From assembly GCF_030028105.1 (NCBI RefSeq), contig NW_027276920.1:1-33713 (forward strand): a stretch of 33,713 nucleotides of DNA, read 5' to 3'. The notes under the pieces are model-generated. The model was not told the DNA's origin. It worked only from the letters and a program-made list of their open reading frames with translations, and did not search any database. A program made the translations under genes and the position numbers. Positions within the stretch are counted from its first letter, which is position 1. Each line of letters begins with the position of its first letter. This document shows positions 1-12,052 of the stretch, piece after piece. Source of the DNA: Mobula birostris (lineage: Eukaryota).

Positions 1-2628
1 AGGGGCAGAAAAAGCTGGTGGGAGTTTTGTACAGGCCACCTAACAGTAGTAGTGAGGTTGGGGATGGTATTAAACAGGAAATTAGTAATGCGTGCAATAA
101 AAGAACAGGTTATAATGGGTGTCTTCAATCTACATATAGATTGGGTGTACCAAATTGGTAAGGGTGCTGAGGAAGAGGATTTCTTGGAATGTATGCGGGA
201 TGGTTTTTGAACCAACATGTCGAGGAACCAACTAGAGAGCAGGCCATTCTAGACTGGGTATTGAGCAATGAGGAAGGGTTAATTAGCAATCTTGTCGTGA
301 GAGGCCCCTTGGGTAGGAGTGACCATAATATGGTGGAATTCTTCATTAAGATGGAGAGTGACATAGTTAATTCAGAAACAAAGGTTCTGAACTTAAAGAA
401 GGGTAACTTTGAAGGTATGAGACATGTATTAGCTAAGATAGAATGGCAAATGATACTTAAAGAGTTGACGGTGGATATGCAATGGCAAGCATTTAAAGAT
501 TCCATGGATGAACTACAACAATTGTTCATCCCAGTTTGGCAAAAGAATAAATCTGGGAAGGTAGTTTACCCGTGGCTTACAAGGCAAATTAGGGATAGTA
601 TCACTTTCAAAGAAGAAGCATACAACTTAGCCAGAAAAAGCGGCTCACCTGAGGACTGGGAGAAATTCAGAGTCCAGCAGAGTAGGAGAAAGCGCTTAAT
701 TAGGAAAGGATAAAAGATTATGAGAGAAAACTGGCAGGGACCATAAAAACTGACTGTAAAAGCTTTTATAGACATGTGAAAAGAAAAAAAAAAGATTGGT
801 TAAGGCAAATGTAGGTCCCCTACAGACAGAAACAGGTGAATTGATTATGGGGAACAAGGACATGCAGACCAATTGAATAACTACTTTGGTTCTGTCATCA
901 CCAAGAAGGACATAAATAGTCTTCTGGAAATAGTAGGGGACAGAGGGTCCAGTGAGATGGAGGAACTGAGGGATATACATGTTAGTAGGGAAGTGGTGTT
1001 AGGTGTTTTGAAGGGATTAAAGCCAGATTAATTCCCAGGGCCAGATGGCCTGCAGAGTGCTTAAGGAAGTAGCCCAAGAGATGATGGATGCATTAGTGAT
1101 AATTTTTCAAAACTCTTTAGATTCTGGACTAGTTCCTGAGGATTGGTGGGTGGCTAATGTAACCCCGCTTTTTAAAAAAGGAGGGAGTGAGAAACCGAGG
1201 AATTATAGACCGGTTAGCCTAACATCGGTGGTGGGGAAAATGCTAGAGTCAGTTATCAAAGATGTGATAACATCACATTTGGAAAGTGGTGAAATCATCG
1301 GACAAAGTCAGCATGGATTTGTGAAAGAATAATCATATATGACGAATCTAATAGATTTTCTTGAGGATGTAACTAGTAGAGTGGATAGGGGCGAACCAGT
1401 GGATGTAGTATATTTGGATTTTCAAAATACTTTTGACAAGGTCCCGTAAAAGAGATTATTGTGCAAACTTAAAGTACACGGTGTTGGGGGTAAGGTATTG
1501 ATGTGGATAAAGAATTTGTTGGCAGACAGGAAGCAAAGAGTGGGAATAAACGGGACCTTTTCAGAATGGCAGGCAGTGACTAGTGGGGTACTGCAAGGCT
1601 CAGTGCTGGGACCTCAGTTGTTTACAATATATATTAATGACTTAGATGAGTGAATTAAATGCAGCATCTCCACGTTTGCGGATGACACGAAGCTGGCCGG
1701 CAGTGTTAGCTGTGAGGAGTATGCTGAGACGGTGCAGGGTGACCTGGATAGGTTAGGTGACTGGGCGAATTCATGGCAGATGCAATTTAACGTGGATAAA
1801 TGTGAGGTTATCCGATTTGGTGGCAAAAACAGGAAAACAGATTATTATCTGAATGGTGGCCGATTAGGAAAAGGGGAGGTGCAACGAGACCTGGGTGTCA
1901 TTGCACACCAGTCATTGAAAGTGGGCATGCAGGTACAGCAGGCAGTGAAAAAGGCGAATGGTATGCTCGCATTCATAGAAAGAGGATTCAAGTACCGGAG
2001 CAGGGAGGTACTACTGCAGTTGAAAAAAGCCTTGGTGAGACCACACCTGGAGTATTGCGTGCAGTTTTGGTCCACTAATCTGAGGAAAGACATTCTTGCC
2101 ATAGAGAGAGTACAAAGAAGGTTCACCAGATTGATTCCTGGGATGGCAGGACTTTGATATGATGAAAGACTGGACCGACTAGGCTTATACTCTCTGGAAT
2201 TTAGAAGATTGACGGGGGTATCTTATTGAAATGTATAAAATCCTAAAGGGATTGGACAGGCTAGATGGAGGAAGATTGTTCCCGATGTTGGGGAAGTCCA
2301 GAACGAGGGGTCACAGGGGTCACAATTTGAGGATAAAGGGGAAGCCTTTTAGGACCGAGATTAGGAAAAACTTCCTCACACAGCGAGTGGTGAATCTGTG
2401 GAATTCTGTGCCACAGGAAACAGTTGAGGCCAGTTCATTGGCTATATTTAAGAGGAAGTTAGGTATGGCCCTTGTGGCTAAAGGGATCAGGGAGTATGAA
2501 AGGAAGGCTGGTACAGGGTTCTGAATTAGATGATCAGCCATGATCATACTGAATGGCGGTGTAGGCTCGAAGGGCCGAATGGCCTACTCCTGCACCTATT
2601 TTCTATGTTTTTCTATGTGTCTATGTTT
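1..2628 (+). mobile_element. CR1-type LINE, 5'-truncated by the window edge; degenerate ORF2 (endonuclease end, RT) and 3' UTR with microsatellite tail
   Basis: Broken ORFs carry CR1 ORF2 motifs: [69 protein letters not shown]. Many stops and frameshifts. Ends in (ttctatgt)n at ~2598-2628. Confidence 0.93.
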
Positions 2629-2767
2629 CAAACTTGGGCAACCGATGCTTTTTGTGCAGTATCTATGCCTCTGATATTCTTGTAAACTTCTCTCAGATCA
2701 GCCCTCAGCCTTCGATGCCGCAATGGAAACAACCCAAGTTTTCCCGTCCTCTCTTTATAGTATAAAC

Positions 2768-3326
2768 GTTTCAACTGAATTTTCGTTATTCTTTTGCTGA
2801 GATAATAGGAAGCTATGTTGGACTTAGTCCGACTGCAAAATTAATGCTACTGTTCGATACCATTCGGTAGAAATGACAGGCTTATCACAGCAGGCTCGGC
2901 TCCATCGGCTGAGAGAGAAATCGTCTTAACACTTCAAATTGACAGTTTTTCACTCGGCCATCAACAGCAATGTTTCGTATTTTCTCCTGTTTGTTAAAAG
3001 TTCCTGACCGGCCAAGGCTTCCTCATGTTTTTTGTTTGCTTCATTTCGCCTTGCAGACATCCTCAATGCTGTTTTCCATTAATTACCCTGCTTTCCATTA
3101 ACCACATAACGTGATATGCTATAAACACCTATAAACACCTCGTCTTTAAATGCATCGTGGAAATATTTTGGTTAAAGGCATCATGTCTCATCATGCCATT
3201 TTTCTATCTGTTCCTTATCCCATTAACACTGCTTTTAATATAAGATGGATGAGTACAGCACAGGAATAGGACCTTAGTCAAAGCTCTCTGTCGCGTTCAC
3301 GATGTCATATTAAATTAAATCTTTGC
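2768..3326. repeat. Copy 1 of a diverged ~550-bp direct duplication (partner 28685-29240)
   Basis: Colinear shared blocks, e.g. gtttcaactgaattt, gactgcaaaattaa(t/a)gctactgtt, aacacttcaa(a/g)ttga, ttaacactgcttttaa. Offset about 25.9 kb. Confidence 0.8.
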
Positions 3327-3699
3327 GAGTTTATTGTGCTCTATATCCCAAAATCCACTGCACATTTGAGTGTCCATTCTTAAGCCTCTTTCCTACAGTA
3401 TCTTCTTCTGCTTTCACCTGCTTTAATGTATAGGGATTTTTATTTAATTCCTGCAAGTAAGCTACGTCGAGTTCCCGGCGCTCCTACATTTTATGCGAAT
3501 TGAACTTTTTGTAACCATTTGTCACGTGTTTCTGCGAGTCCGTATGAAGGAAATGTATACCGTTTAAATGAAAGAGCAGGACTTTCAACTAATTCTCAAA
3601 TGTATTTTCTAACTCGTCTTAGTCTGGAACACATTAAAGTAATCAAATGACAATCTGGTTCTCAGTGACCTGAAGCAGATATTATTTCATGTAATCTAT

Positions 3700-4325
3700 G
3701 AATTCTGTTATGACTTGCACCATCTGAAAAATTACACGGCTGGCAGGAAGGAGCTCAAGAATGAAATTAGGAGAGCTAGAAGGGGGCATGAGAACGCCTT
3801 GGCGAGCAGGATTAAGGAAAATCCCAAGGCATTCTACGAGTATGTGAAGAGCAGGAGGTTGAGCCGTGAGGGAATGGGACCAAAGGAGAATGAGTAGAAA
3901 CATGTGCATGGAGCCGGAGGAGATAGCGGAGGTACTTAACGAATACTTTGCTTCAGAATTCGCTAGTGAAAAGGACCTTTGCAATTGTGGGGATGACTTA
4001 CAGTGACTTGGAACGCTTGATACTTTTGAAAGGTATTATGAATAGGTAGGGAAGGAACACTAGAGGAATGGAAGGTTGCAAATGTTGTTTCCTTTTTCGA
4101 TAAAGGGAGTAGAGATAACCCAGGAAATTGTAGACCAGTGAATCCTACTTCTGGGGTGGGCCAGTTGTAGAGAAGATCCAGAAAGGCAGGATTTGTGAGC
4201 ATTTGGAGAGACATAATTTGATTAAGGATAGTCAGCATGGCTTTGGCTTTGTCAAGGGCGTGACATGCTTTACGAACCTGAGTAAATTCTTTGAGGATAT
4301 AACAAAACACATTACTGAAGGTAGA
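3700..4325 (+). mobile_element. CR1 LINE ORF2 internal fragment
   Basis: ELKNEIRRARRGHENALASRIKENPKAFYEYVKSRR, followed by degenerate NCRPV and SQHGF/CLTNL motifs. Confidence 0.85.
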
Positions 4326-5500
4326 ATTGAATCGAATTGGATGAATTTAACTTAATACTTAAATACATGCTCATCTCCGTCTAAATGTGCAATATGCAAT
4401 TTATAGTCATTTATAATAAATAGTATGTACAGCAGGATAGTCAATATAACATAGAAATAAAGCTGTGTCAACATGAGTTAAGCAGTTTAATGATCTGGTG
4501 GAAGAAGCTGTCCTGGAGCCTGTTGGTCGCGGCTTTTAGATGAGATAAGATTACATTCAACTTTATTGTCTTTGTGCCGAGTACAGATACGAAGCCAAAG
4601 AAATGTAGTTAGAATCTGACCAGAAATGCAAAGAATAGTGTTATTTACAAAATAACTTCGAATGAAAAGTAAGTGCTACAGCACACAAATATAAAAGTAC
4701 TGAGACAGTACAGTATGGGTGCAATACCTCTTTGCGCTGTGATGTGAGGTTCAGCAGGGTCACAGCGTCAGGGAAGAAGCTCTTCCTGTGCCTGCTGGGA
4801 GGAGAGTAAAAAGTCCATGCTTAGGGTGAGATGCATCCTTGATAATGCTTTTCGCCCTGCCTTGGCAGCGTTTATGGTAGGTGTTCTCAATGGTGGGCAA
4901 TTGAGTGTCGATAATCAGCTGGAAAGTTTTCAACACAGGCTGGAGTGCTTTGCGGTCCGATACGGGGCAATTGTCATACCACACTGAGATGCAGTTGGTG
5001 AGTATGCTCTCAATGGTACAGCGGTAAAAGTCCGTCAGTATCCTGGGATAGATTTATGCTTTCTTGATGCTCTGCAGGAAATAAAGGGGTTGTTGTGCCT
5101 TTTTGATCAGGATGGAGGAGTTCAGGGAGTAGGTGAGATCCTCGGAAATGTGGACACCAAGGAATTTGAAGCTTGATACACGCTCCACTACAGCTCCGTT
5201 GATGTAGATGGGGACGGGAGTGTGTCTCCTAGGATGCCTGAATTCCACAATGATCTCCTTGGTCTTCTGGGCGTTAAGGGCCTGGTTGTTGTCGGCACAC
5301 CACGCGGCCAGGTACTGGACCTCGTCCCTGTAGGCCGTCTCTTCATCCCCTCTGATCAGGCCAACTACCGCCGTGTCGTCTGCGAACTTGATTATGGAGT
5401 TAGAACCACGTACAGGAACGCAGTCATAGGTGAAAATGGAGTACAGAAGAGGGCTCAGCACACAGCCGTGAGGCACGCTGGTGTTCTGGGTGAGAGGCGT
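4326..5500 (-). mobile_element. Rex1/Babar-type LINE: RT C-terminal part and 3' UTR, with an additional 3'-end fragment
   Basis: GCVLSPLLYSIFTYDC, IIKFADDTAVVGLI, KTKEIIVEFR, FKFLGVHISEDL, KKAQQPLYFL and WYDNC..DRKALQ..HPKHGLFTLLP are typical of Rex1/Babar RT. 3' end near 4540 (gacaataaagttgaa on the minus strand). Confidence 0.85.
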
Positions 5501-5589
5501 AACTTAACTGATTGGGGTCTGTTAGTCAAAAAGCTGCGGTACCATTTCTCGGATGGTAGCAGCTGGAAGAGTATTTGCCAAAGCTGTGT

Positions 5590-6304
5590 ACGACCCTATC
5601 TACCCGTGACGCCACTTTCAACAAATTATGCAGCTTTATTCCCAGATCCTTTTGTCCTATCACACTCCTCAGTGCCCTGCCATTTACCGTGTAAGATCTA
5701 CCCTGGCTGGCTGCACCGAAATGCAACATCTCGTACTTGCCAAATGTAAGTTCCAACTGCCACTTTTAGCCTTTTTTTCCCTACTGATCCAGATCCCTCT
5801 GCAGCCAGGAGAGCTTCCCTTGTTGTCCACTGCACCCACAATCCTGCTGTAAACCGCAAATTTGCTGATCTGTTCATGGACATCGTCATCCAGATCGGTA
5901 ATATAGAAGACAGACAGCAACGGACCCTGCGCAGACCCCTGTGGAATGCCCGATCAGAGAGGCAACCATACAAAGCTATTTCTTGGCTTCTCCCACAAAG
6001 TCTGTGTCGAACCCAATTTACTACTTCATCTTGAATGCCAAGCAACTGAACCTTCTTGACCAACTTTCCATGTGGGCCTTGTCAAATGCCTTACTAAAGT
6101 CGATGTTGGCAACATGCGCTGACTTGTCTTCATCCACTTCTCTGGTAACCTCCTCGGAAAACTCTATCAAATTGGTTAGATATGACATACAATGCGCGAA
6201 GCCATGCTGACTCTCCTTAATCAGTCTATGTCTATCCAAATACTTCTATATCAGGTCCCTTAGAACATTTCCCAACAACTTTCACCCTACCGCTGTCAGG
6301 CTCA
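5590..6304 (-). mobile_element. CR1 LINE RT fragment
   Basis: ESQHGFAHCMSYLTNLIEFSEEVT, IDFSKAFDK, KYEMLHFG and KVASRVDRVV across frameshifted ORFs. Confidence 0.88.
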
Positions 6305-7335
6305 TTGTTGTTGTTCAGTCGTTAAGTCGAGACCGAATCTTCGTGATCTCATGGACTTCTGTACACCAAGCCTTCTTGTTGGAAACAGCCTCTCTAAGAT
6401 CCCCCAAGGTTATACGCATTGTCTGAGTATATTATCCTCCGTCATTGTAGCCTCTGTTGCCCTCTACTTCTTTTACCTTCTGTTTTACCGAACATGACAG
6501 TCTTCTCCAAGGAATCCTGTCTACTCATGATTGGTCAAAATATTTGAACTTCTGTCTCATAATCAAGCCTCCTAATGAGCAGTCTGGCTGTATTTGTTCA
6601 AATATTGTCTTGCTGGATCTTCTTGCTCTCTAACGAACTCTTAACACTTTTCTCCAGCATCCAAGTTCAAAGGTGTTGATCCTTTTGTATTCAGTCCAGC
6701 TCTCACAGCCATACGTTGCAACTGGAAATACTATAGACTTGACTATACGGATTTTCGTAGACAATGTTATATCTCTGCTCTTTAGTATTTTATCTAAATT
6801 TGCCATTGCCACCCTCCCCAGAAGTAAGCGGCGTTTAATTTTGTGGCTGCAGTTCGCATTTATGGAAATCTTTGAACGGAGGAAGACAAAATCCGTCATT
6901 GTTTCCACTTCCTTTCCATTTATTACCATGGAGTTGATAGGGATGGACGACATAATCTTTGCTTTCTTCACATTGAGCACAAGCCAGCTTTTGCACTTTC
7001 TTACTTCACTTTGATGAGAAATTTCCTCAGATCCTCCTTACTTTCAGCCATTGGAGTGCTATCATCTGCACATCTGAGTTTCGTCCGGCAATTTTGAATC
7101 CAACATTTGAGTCGCCTAGACCAGCATTCCTCATAATGTGTTCAGCGTATAGATTAGATAAATAAGGAGTGTCACATCCTGCAGCCTTATTATCGGCAAT
7201 GCGTTTTTTTGATCACCCATTCGACTTCAGTTTCCAGAATGTCTGGCTCTAGATCGATGAGGGAATCATTGCAGGTGTCTTCACCGTTGGGATCGTCCCT
7301 GTACAATTTTTGTATGTATTCCTGTCATTTCTTTC
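6305..7335 (-). mobile_element. BovB-like RTE-clade LINE fragment, internally deleted
   Basis: LNVKKAKIMSS..KIKRRLLLGRVAMANLDKILKSRDITLSTKIRIVKSIVFPVATYGCESWT..RINTFELGCWRKVLRV closely matches BovB RT C-terminus as I recall it. LEPDILETEVEW lies upstream. The 3' end shows an (aac)n tail and ttcagtcgttaagtcg. Confidence 0.85.
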
Positions 7336-7359
7336 TGATTGAATGACGGAGCAGACCTG

Positions 7360-7670
7360 GACCTGAACCTGGACCCTAGCACCTGGGAGGCAACATAATC
7401 GGAAAATGTCGTTCTCGTTCATAGAACCTCCTTTCTGTTCTGCTAAAGAATCTCCTATATCCACAACTCGCCTCTTCTCTCCTCACCCCCGCAAACTTCG
7501 TTTTCTAGTCGCAGAGTGAGGCTTAGTACCAAAGACCTGACCGCCGTGACTCTTTCCTGATAGCTCATTGTCTCGAACAGTATCCAAAGTGGTATACCTG
7601 CTGTTGAGGGGGATGGCCACAGGGTACTCTGCGCTGGCTGCTTAGATCCTTCCTCTTCCTTACTGTCACC
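7360..7670 (-). mobile_element. Probable CR1 ORF1 (SGNH esterase-like) fragment
   Basis: RLCCLPGARVQ resembles the CCLPGARV motif of CR1 ORF1. Otherwise degenerate. Confidence 0.45.
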
Positions 7671-8363
7671 CACATATAAACTGCAAATGCACATTCTGCC
7701 AGAACAAAAATATTACTTGATTCGTGCTTTCAATGGGAACAACGCAATGAAAGACACACCTTCAGCACTACACAAATATACATGACATGCAGAGCCACAA
7801 GGCTGTGCTAGTGGCAAAAAACATGAATGGCAAGTCCATAACTCATGTGCAATAAAGCCTGATATAAACACTCGATGGATGTCCTGGTTAGAATGCACAA
7901 CTGAAAAAATGGAAGGAAACAAGAGACATAGCATAACAATCAAAGCGCAAGTAACGTAGATTAATCAGCAGTTTGGATATTTAACTGAAATTCTCGTTTT
8001 TATGCAATAATGTGTCATGGTCCGGTCCGTGAGGTCCGCATTAAAGTTCACGGTCCAGTCCATCGATCCCTTATTCCAGGTTTTCCGGTTTTCCCTTGTC
8101 CAGCATGTGCCTTAATTGAGGCACATGATTCTCATCTTGGGCTGACTACATAAACAGCTCCTGGGTTCAGCTTCAGTTGCTGGCCTGTTCCCTTCTTTTC
8201 CGTTCACCTTCTGCCTGAAGCCTTGCCTGAAACCTCTGCCTGAAGCCTTGGCCTGAAGACTTGCCTGCAACCTCGCCTGTATCGCTGTCAGGTTCTACCG
8301 CCGGAGCAAGGCTGGAGCCTTGCTATGTCTAGATAAGAAACTGTCTATCGTTGTTTGGAACTG

Positions 8364-8683
8364 CCTCTGTGTCCACGACTTCGCTCGGTAGGTCCGACCG
8401 TTTGCCGCTACCTTGAGTTGGGAATCGTCTCTGTGTCCACACCTTCGCTAGGTAGGTCCGGCTGGTTGCCACTACTTTGTGTTGCGTACCGTCTCTGTGT
8501 CCTCGCCTTCGCTAGGTAGGTGCGGCCGTTTGTCACTACCCTGTGCTAGGTACCGTCTCTGCCTCCACGCCTTCGCTAGGTAGGTCCCACCATTTGCTAC
8601 TACTTTGTGTTCGGTACCGTCTCTGTGTCCACGAGTTTGCTAGGCAGGTCCGGCCATTTGCCGCTATCTTGTTTTGGGAGCTG
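8364..8683. repeat. Minisatellite, five units of 64 bp
   Basis: Unit starts at 8364, 8428, 8492, 8556 and 8620, exactly 64 bp apart. Core tctctgtgtccac..ttcgctaggtaggtcc. Confidence 0.92.
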
Positions 8684-8871
8684 TCTCACTGTGTTCTGTG
8701 TACGAGTCCAGGCTATACGTCCTGTTCCCAAGGAGGTGTCCCAGCTCTGTGTTCCATGTTCCTGTCTCTCAAGACCTAGGCTGTGTATTCTGCGTTCCTG
8801 TCTCCCAAGACCAAGTCAGGGCTTTGGGGTCTCGTCCTGTCTTTGTGCCTCTCCCAGCCCAGGAGTACTGC

Positions 8872-9108
8872 GTCTAGTCCAAGCCACGTCCAAGTACATC
8901 GTCTAGTCCAAGCCACATCCAAGTACCTCGTCTAGTCTAGGCCACGTCCAAGCACCTTGTCTAGTCCAATCCACGTCCGAGCACCTTGTCTAGTCCAAGC
9001 AACGTCCAAGTACCTCGTCTAGTCCAGTCCACGACCAAACACATCGTCTAGTCCAAGCCACTTCCAAGCACCTTGTCTAGTCCAAGGACCTCGTCTAGTC
9101 CAAGCCAC
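8872..9108. repeat. Minisatellite, about eight units of 29 bp (one truncated)
   Basis: gtctagtccaagccacgtccaagtacatc repeated with 29-bp period (8872, 8901, ...). Confidence 0.92.
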
Positions 9109-11868
9109 GGCTTTGTGTTCTCGTCCTGTGCAGGTGTAGCCACACCACGTTCTGTAGCCACGTCTTGTCCTCGCCTAGATCCAGGGTCCGAGCCCGAGTC
9201 AAGACACATGTTCCGGGTCCATGTCCAGTCTCTGGCTCGGAGTCCAAGTCCAGGCTCCTAGTTCCCAGTTCCATGTTCTGCTTTCCCTTTCCTAGCCAAA
9301 GTCCCAACCCAAGACTGTGTTCTTGTCCCAGCTCCTAGTCTACATCCTGTCACGTCCCTAACTCTAGTTCTAGTCCTGTTTCTAGTACTTCATTGTCTGT
9401 GCCTTGCATTTGGGTCCGGGACCAGCGCCCTCCTTATGACAGAATGAGCACTATTATTTTAAAATAACACGATCTTAACATGTTATTTAAATATATGCAC
9501 GTAAAGCTTTAGAGTAAAAGATCCTGTGTTTGCATGGAATTACCAATCAATTCCGTTGTTCCTCGGAATATTTACAAAAATCCTTGAACATGTGAAATAA
9601 TAATTGAAATAAAAGGAAACTACTCGGCTAATTCGGTGGGCCAGGCAGTGCGGGTGAAGGCGTGCGGGTGTTTACTGTTTTGAGCTGGAGACTCGGGATT
9701 GAGAGTGTAGAGGGAAGATGTGCAATATATAACTTTGAAAAGGAGGTGTACGACCGGTGATAGATGGAACCAATCTCGTTGGATGGAATGGTGGAGTGTT
9801 TGCAAGTCGAGCGAGAAAAGTATGATCCAATTTGCTCATTGCGGAATCCTGTAAAAACATATAATAACGGGTCGAGTTAAACATGTTTTATGAAGCTTGA
9901 TTAAAGGATATATATTGGACAGTTAATGGGAGAGATCGTTATCATCGAAGAAAACGATACCGTGGGAGTAATGCTGCTCAGTCGGCAGTGCAAAGCGACC
10001 TTTATTTAAGATGTTTAGTGAAACGTATTTTGAGTGTAATTCATCCTCAGTGATTTGCCGAAGCATTTTTAACCGAGATTTCGTCCTCTAATCCAGAAAT
10101 AAACCAAAGTGAGAAGCTAAGGTTCAAACTTACGTCTGGTATTCAGAGAATGAGATATTGTTTATCGACAAACGAATAGCATATCATTTATTGGATTGTT
10201 TGTTAGTGGAGGAGTGTTTCTAAATAGATTATAACAACTGAAAGCGATAGAACTGGAGGGTGGGGTTGGTGTGGAGGTGTCGTCCTAACAGCGTAGCAAT
10301 TAGAGATGGCGCCCTCTCCAGGCCGTGACAGAACGCACTTGATTGGGATGATTCAGAGGAATTTACAAATTTACAGATATTTAAAATCCCTGAAACCATT
10401 ATCATTTATATTATTATTGTATTCATTTTCTATCTTCATTCGACTGTACTGAAATATTTTTTTCTGATAAATATAGTACACAGTATTAGAGGGGGCTTTT
10501 TTTGCGCAGGGCATTCTCCAGTGCGAGCAATAAAATGATATATTTGAAACGACGTTGAGCTGAGCTGAAACTGGATACGTCCTGAAAAGCACTTTGGAAA
10601 ACATCACCAGCGCCTCTCACTTGCTTGAGGAATTAGTTGACTCTTGTGACTGCTCTTCAGAGAAATAACAGACGGCTATTTATGTTTTTTTATGAGTAGA
10701 TGAAAAAATGCATAAGAAAGATAAGAGTACAAAGATCCTGTCAACTACGAACAAGATATAACTGTGCATTTTTAATTGAAAGTAAATATCAGAGCAATAT
10801 TAAAAAGTGGAGAAATCGACGAGATTTGAGATGTGAAGGGAAATCTGTCCCAGCCAGCATATCCAGCAGAACAGGACTGAGCAGCCCACTCAGTCTCCAG
10901 GCGTGTACGTTTTTATTATTTTTGCCAATCTCTCTGCATTACCGAAACTCTTTCAGAAAATAGGCTGTTGTTTGCATTATCAGACAGAGGATTTATTTCA
11001 CTGCCGTGTTCCGTGTACCTACTCCCCGCCTTCCTTAGCCCCGCACCTTATCCACCAACCACGCTGACCTGATAAGCAACAATAATATATTACTATAACA
11101 GGATGCTCACGCTGTTGTCACATATACATCTACCTGAACCGGAATTAATGCGTCAATTTACTGACTATTGCCCAAATAAATGCTGGGCATATAGCAGACT
11201 TATTTTGCTCCATCGGGCAATTGGAAAGATTAACCGCTGAGGAGCTCTGTCCAAAGCACCATATTCTTCGAGAGTACACGTCGAAACACGTGATTCCTAT
11301 AAATCTACTTTCCAACGTCTACAATTTTCAGTCAGATGTTATGATTAGGCTAAACCTGATTTCCTTTAATGTGACCAGGTGCGTATCTCCTTGTTTCAAT
11401 GTGGGCTGGGACAGGTACACTGGTGGCGATGCATTTCATAGTGCAGTTGCATTTTACAGTTAATGTTGAGCAACAATCCGTGAATGTATACGAAACAGAA
11501 GAATACTGATTTTTTTTTATCATTCGACATTTACTGATCAATATTCAAACACAGAGGTGTTATCGTGAGAAAATGTTGCGATTTTTTCACATCTTTTAAT
11601 CTATATTTCCCTCGGTTGAACTTTGACATAAGTGAGCAAGAATAACTGTTCAGTTGACGGTTTTTACCCTGAAAACAAAGTTCTCTGCCTGGTGGTGACA
11701 AACCTCTCTTTTTTTTCATCCTCTGAGGACTGTAGAGGGTGGGGAGGTACTTTAGGCAAAGTAGTTTTATTTCCTGTAATGATCGGGGAATGTTCAATGG
11801 AGATAATGACTGGGCAGGAGAGACAGGCGGAACGGCTTATTCCTAATCTTATTCTTAAATTTCTTACT

Positions 11869-11874
11869 TTTATT
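11869..11874 (-). terminator. Candidate polyadenylation signal of the Ig receptor gene
   Basis: AATAAA on the minus strand about 180 nt downstream of the stop at 12053. The surrounding DNA is AT-rich, so this may be chance. Confidence 0.35.
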
Positions 11875-12052
11875 CTTACCAGTGATAATCGCTTCCAACA
11901 AATCGAAGATGAAATTGATCCCTTATCTTCCTAATTTATACATGTGATAGATTAACAATCTTTATCTGGAGGCAAGAAATGAAACGAATAAATGCCTCGG
12001 GCATGCACTCATTGATAGTCTATAGCTCTAAACTGCAGTTGGATTCTCAGCT

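Larger units (their letters stand above)
8013..9441. mobile_element. Probable solo LTR (Gypsy-like) expanded by internal tandem arrays
   Basis: Begins TGTCAT (8013) and ends ATGACA (9441). Flanks taatg/gaatg are a 5-bp TSD with one mismatch. No coding domains. The ttgcatttgggtcc..tgaca end resembles fish Gypsy LTRs. Confidence 0.65.

Noticed and set aside
125-2547. RT-like ORFs here and elsewhere as intact genes
   Set aside because: All are broken by stops and frameshifts. They are CR1 and other LINE remnants or their antisense shadows.
7760-7900. 141-nt phase 1-1 open segment with a good acceptor on the minus strand (VHSNQDIHRVFISG..)
   Set aside because: No recognisable domain, a weak GTGTGT donor, and no partner exons.
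8364-9108. 64-bp and 29-bp arrays as a CRISPR array
   Set aside because: Units are similar along their whole length with no unique spacers, there are no cas genes, and the context is vertebrate and LTR-like. Their ORFs (8543-9307) are repeat translations.
9620-12000. Short ORFs between the LTR and the receptor stop codon
   Set aside because: No domain motifs, no coherent exon chain, and composition typical of AT-rich non-coding DNA.
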